Origin: Fimbriosthenelais zetlandica
Lineage: Eukaryota
Assembly: GCA_977030845.1 (NCBI GenBank)
Contig: OZ365111.1
Location: 41,912,001 to 41,976,000 of the forward strand
DNA: 64,000 nt
Reading direction: 5' to 3'
Below are positions 59,201 to 64,000 of the stretch, in pieces; position 1 is the first letter of the stretch, and each line of letters starts with the position of its first letter. Both the position numbers and the translations under genes were made by a program. The notes under the pieces were generated by a model. It ran no database searches. It saw nothing but the letters and a program-made list of their open reading frames with translations, and was not told the DNA's origin.

Positions 59201-62200
59201 TCTCACCAGAGCGCTTTCAATTTTGATATCAAATGCCACATTGTCATCCTATTCAGGTATATCATTCCATGCCTCAACCATGGACCATTTTCTGTGAAAT
59301 AATTTAAAAATAATTGATTTAACATAACATAATTTATTTAGGGAGCCCACGGAAGCAGATGAGTATGTACTGGCCACGATTAAGTTTGATGCGCATGGAG
59401 TAATACACATCAAACCTGACTTTAGCAAAGGACGGAAAGCTTACAGAATAGAAACACAAGGCATTGGAAGAGGTGGATATTCGCTTGTCAACATTTCTGG
59501 GTTTCCTTTTTATTATTTGTAATGAAAAAATCAGTTTTGGTTTATTTATTTTTACTTAAGTAGTTTAATGGATAAGATGGGTTTCTGGGGAAAAAAAAGT
59601 TTCAGTAGCTAATAGTTACGTAGCTTTAAAATTATAGGCTAATTATAATGGAGTTGATATATTGTTAAATTTCAGATGTTTTTGAATTCACATTAGAACA
59701 TGCGTCTGTACAGTTATCAAGGTAAGCTTTAATTTTCCTGTCCTTGTATACACAGTCATATTTCCTGATAACAATTAGCTTTCGTTCAATAAATTTAAGG
59801 TTACTGAGCCTCTTGGTCATTTATTTTTCAGAATAGAACAAGAGAAAGAAACCCGAATGTATCGAGATGTATGTATTGCTTTTATTATTTATATTTTCTG
59901 ATATATATATTTCATTTGTTAGACCCGCTATTTTTCATCAAATGCTTAGCTTGGTGCTGTGACTTTAAAGTCGAAAAAAAGCAAGCGTCTCTAACTACAT
60001 GCTTAAATTTTCGAAAAATCAAATCTTATTTCAATTGTCATTTTCAGCTCTATTCACGACACACAGAATATTTAACATCATTAGTGGGTTACGATTTTGA
60101 ATTGGTAAGTTTACAATTTATTTCTTCACTTCCATTTCTAAAATTCTAATGATGATATCACGCTCTCAAAAATTGCTGTTGATTCATTTGTAAATTAATT
60201 ACCAATTTATTTTTTTCATTCCAGCCCCCGACCAAAGCTCTCCGCATGCTGTGCTATGGACAAATAGGTGAGTACAAATTGTCGTTCTTTAACACTTTCT
60301 TATTCAAGTTTTAATGATACCTGATGTGTACATATTTCTTCTTTTAAAAATGGTGACATTTTATGTTTTGTTGCTTCGATTGAGGTTCAGAATTTGTTTA
60401 GATATAATCTTTTTTATTGTTTTCAGTTTCAGCAAAAAACTTCGAATATGATGATCTCTACATACACTTCTTCATAGAGCCAAAGAAAAGTAAGAGTTTC
60501 TCAGTGGAATTTCTAGCTTTTAGCTTAAATTGCAAAAGAAATATTCAATTATTTATTGCAATTATCTTTGATGTATGAGCGATTCTGTCCCATCTTTTTA
60601 CAGACTGGCATCCTGTTGGTACTCATCAGCTCTCGGGAATTACGCAAGTCTGCGCAACAAAAGTCATTGGCCGTGTGAGTTATGTTATGAACTCATTCAT
60701 TGTAAACACTTGCATTGTATCCAACCCGTTGTTTTCATTAAAACTAGGACTAAATTTATCATTAATCAATTCATAACGCATGCCCCATCAATTCATAACG
60801 CATGCCCCATCAATTCATAACGCATGTCCCATTTGCAGGATGATGTGGCCTATTTTGGATTCCCATTCCATTTTGAGATGATCTACAAATGTGATTCTTT
60901 GGATGAAGAAGCGGGTGAGCAATATAGTATTGCATACAGATTTAAGACTTGAACCACTGAAATATATTTGCCAGGCTAAAGCTACAGCCCTTATCATGAG
61001 CAAGAATGATAAAATAAAGTCTGATATATAGCCTAAAATACAAAGTATACATACAAAGCTATGGATTGAAAGAGTAAACCCTGTGCTTACAAGAGCCGTT
61101 GTCATTGTCCTTTAAGATTCACTACCACAGTGGCCTCAGTTCTACGTTGAAGTTTTGTCACTTGACACATGGGAGCGATACAGGACTGAGGGGTATGGAC
61201 ATACAACATTGCCAAGTAGTCCAGGTGAGATTACTCAGTGTTTTTTTTTAGCTTATTACACAAAGTTAATAATCTGCAAATTAAATTTGTTAGACATTTA
61301 ACCAATATCCTATCTAAAAACATGCCGGGTTTTTTTCCCGCGACTTTCCCGATTTGTTTCCTTATGGTAGTTCTTTTTCACCCAGTGCTGCTAACTGGGA
61401 TGATATCAAAGGCCAACCTGTTTCCCGCTCTTCCTTAAGTAACTGATGACTGGGCGTTAAACAAATATACATACAGTATACAAAAAACCCAACTTTATTC
61501 TTTAAAGTTGTTTATTCTTTATTTTGTATACGTACTTCTAATCTCTGTGTAACAGGTATTTTTGAAGAGACCATAAACTGCTGGCGTCCTGCAAGCAAGT
61601 CTAGTTTCGGGGAACTGAGAAGGTTTTTCATTGGCGGTACACCAGAGCTAGAAGATCCCACATACACAGCTATACCCTCCACGTTTGAGGTAAGCCCATC
61701 GAGCATCCATCATAAAATAATTTAAATTATTTTATTAGTTATTTATTCAAGACCACTGTCACACAACTACAACCCACTGTCCCTTAGTGGTGACGTCCCT
61801 AATTACCTCAGAACGGAGGTGTTGACTTGTCCTACTGTCCCTACAGTGGTCAGACCTGCACAATGGTCAGTTTTGCTCAGAACGCCGGGTGACCAGAATA
61901 CGGAGAGCGTCAAACATTAAACATGAGAATTGGATTATTAAATAGAAATACTTTTTTTGTAAGTTATTTTTTTCTTTTTCTATAGGGCCAGAGATTGAGT
62001 AAGTTTGGTTTCAAATCCATCTCCTCTGGAAGTGTGACTGTGAAATTCAACATTTTACAGCAGTCTGAGTAAGTTGATTTTAATTGTATTTCTTACGGCC
62101 ATAGTCAAAAGTAGAAGTTGGTTATTTCTCCACAGCATTGTGCATGTACATGGCATAAATTGTTGTGGTTTGATAAAGCATTGCGCCTATGGACTAATCA

Positions 62201-62881
62201 CCATGGTACGACTAATTATAGTATGAAATTTTCTTCCAGTGCTTTCCTGAAGACCACTTCTTCGAAAAAGAAAACAGGTCACCTACTGGAGAGACTTGGG
62301 TAAGTGCCATGTAATAAAGTTACAGTTAGCATACACGTAATAGATGAAGATTTTTTAAATTAAACCAACCCACATGTTAGATTCACAAAACCAGTAAAAT
62401 GGAATTGTTTATGACAATATGAGATTTCTCCGCTTGGGTGGAATCATTAACTAACTCATATCCAACCCTCGCTGTATATTTTTTAAATGAACATTATAAA
62501 ATTCTGATGAATATGGATCAATAATTTATTTCAGCACGTCCCAAGCACAGGCTGACATTGGCAATGTCCTAGGTTTGTATGAATCAAAATATTGATGTCT
62601 ATAATTACAAAATTCATTTCAGTAAACGAAAATATAATGTAGACTTAGCATGGGGTGTCTTGGTTTCCCCCTCATTAAACATGCAATTCCAAATTATAGC
62701 ATTATAATCATAATAATATGTTACAAATGACCTTATGGCCATACGTCGTTAATGACATTTGATCCCTTTCACAGATGCCTTCATGAAAGCAAAGAAATTG
62801 ATGGTTGATACGAGAGAGAATCTGAAAACAGACTACCGCGAAACACTGAAAGCCCTGGAAGATGAAATCGATGACGACTAA
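56283..62881 (+). CDS. MKS1: Meckel syndrome type 1 protein (B9/C2-domain ciliary transition-zone protein), 20 exons, 563 aa
   Basis: Exons: 56283-56359, 56957-57125, 57293-57375, 57659-57731, 57988-58091, 58226-58357, 59342-59472, 59676-59721, 59832-59868, 60048-60104, 60225-60267, 60427-60489, 60604-60674, 60839-60914, 61117-61224, 61556-61689, 61986-62068, 62240-62299, 62535-62572, 62775-62881; GT-AG and phase-consistent, total 1692 nt. Motifs [108 protein letters not shown]. Confidence 0.93.
58385..58620. repeat. CT-rich polypyrimidine low-complexity tract in MKS1 intron 6
   Basis: Near-pure C/T strand with (CT)n and a C run. Confidence 0.85.
60765..60830 (+). repeat. 3 x 22-bp tandem repeat abutting the MKS1 exon 14 acceptor
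   Basis: ATCAATTCATAACGCATGCCCC at 60765, 60787 and 60809 (third copy with one substitution), followed by atttgcag|. Confidence 0.9.
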
Positions 62882-63603
62882 TTTCTTACATTGAACCTAA
62901 TCTATTGAGTCATAGAACACCAAGTTTAACACAAAAATAATCGATTTTGATATTTTTGTCCACATATATTTTTACGTATATTTACGCAAAATAATTTGTA
63001 TATTTGTACATATAAATTGAAAATAAAATGTCATCTCCGTCCACATAAAAATATTATTTATATACCCCAAAGGTAAACATCCTAAATATATGCGACATAA
63101 GTTTATCCGTAATACGAACACATAAAATATACCAGCACCATTCTTCCTATAAAAGCCTTAATTAATAATCATTAATAGCTTCACTTAAAACACGTGTATC
63201 TAAAATTTAAGTTTCTTGTCAAGTTGATGCCATTTTTAACCTGGCCATAATTTTCTAGGACCACAAAACAAACTGGAATGTAGAAAGTTCCTTCTCCAAC
63301 ACTCTGACAAGTACCCAGCATTCTCACACATTATATCAAAAATATCGTATATCGCACCTATTCTACAATGACAGTCAAAGGGAACACAATCATTATTGGC
63401 CATAATCTATATATAGCCCACGAATTAAAGCCATCTGCCTTTTCATCATATCAAAATGGCCTTTCAAAATTTCTTTTAGAGTTGCCAGAGATTAATTCAT
63501 GAACGTCGAATAGGCCATATAACCATATTCATTTCATTCGAATTTGATTGTCGATACATTTAAGTCTCAATTAAATATCAAATTACCTCAATTATATCTT
63601 TTG

Positions 63604-64000
63604 TTATCGGTGGGGTTGTTTTTCTGAATACATTCCAGCGTTGGTACCAGCTTCACTGAGTTGATGCCTAACCAGGTGATAAAGCAAGAAGTCGTACATG
63701 TACATAAAAGATGGCTTGACATAATGGAAACTGACTGTGTGGGGGCTCATAACCTTGATACCCTGAAAGAAACGAAAAAGTAATGATAAATCAATTAGGC
63801 CAATTTTTTTTTTAAAGACAGCATTTTGGTAAAGGTCCCTAGTGCAATTACATGTAATGGGCAAAGTTTACATTTCTAGAATTGGCTATTTCCAATCTCA
63901 TCTTCATTCACAACATAAATATTACAACAAAGTCTAAGGTTATTTAAAACTTAGGTTACCTTGGGATAGCCATAGGTCTTGTTGTGTAGACGATATGTAT
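63604..64000 (-). CDS. 3' end of a C1GALT1-like core-1 beta-1,3-galactosyltransferase (GT31), truncated by the window edge
   Basis: Partial exon 64000-63960 (..YRLHNKTYGYPK|gtaacc) splices in phase 0 to last exon 63762-63604 (GIKVMSPHTVSFHYVKPSFMYMYDFLLYHL...stop). This resembles the C-terminal C1GALT1 motif S..(A/V)SFHYV....MY..EYL.YHL. Only the C-terminus is visible. Confidence 0.7.

Noticed and set aside
14978-62881. U12-type (minor spliceosome) introns
   Set aside because: Every donor I traced in the four multi-exon genes is U2-type GT; none has the RTATCCTT consensus.

Overview
Gene-dense window from an invertebrate-type animal genome: AT-rich, with mostly short GT-AG introns. The taxon cannot be fixed from sequence alone. 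I reconstructed six protein-coding genes by hand with phase-consistent splice sites, and they alternate strand perfectly: (+) a PRDM-family PR/SET + C2H2 gene with an intronless ORF (10732-13761); (-) Delta14-sterol reductase TM7SF2 (14978-18117, 8 coding exons, 420 aa); (+) TTC8/BBS8 (19107-23307, 10 exons, 499 aa); (-) nuclear receptor corepressor NCoR (25035-53762, 28 coding exons traced, about 3150 aa, first coding exon uncertain); (+) MKS1 (56283-62881, 20 exons, 563 aa); and (-) the 3' end of a C1GALT1-like glycosyltransferase (63604-64000). TM7SF2/TTC8 and probably NCoR/MKS1 share short bidirectional promoters. The observations most worth following up are: two tandem cysteine modules, one THAP-like, between the NCoR SANT domains; the intronless and probably catalytically inactive PRDM gene behind a mosaic of direct and inverted repeats; strong enrichment of TA-NNNN-TA palindromes (TAGGCCTA, TACCGGTA, TACATGTA, TAGATCTA) near gene 5' ends; and an 82-bp hairpin MITE with a 9-bp target-site duplication. 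Positions 1-8000 hold no gene I can support. There is a 133-N gap at 33569-33701. All family assignments come from recalled motifs, not database searches.
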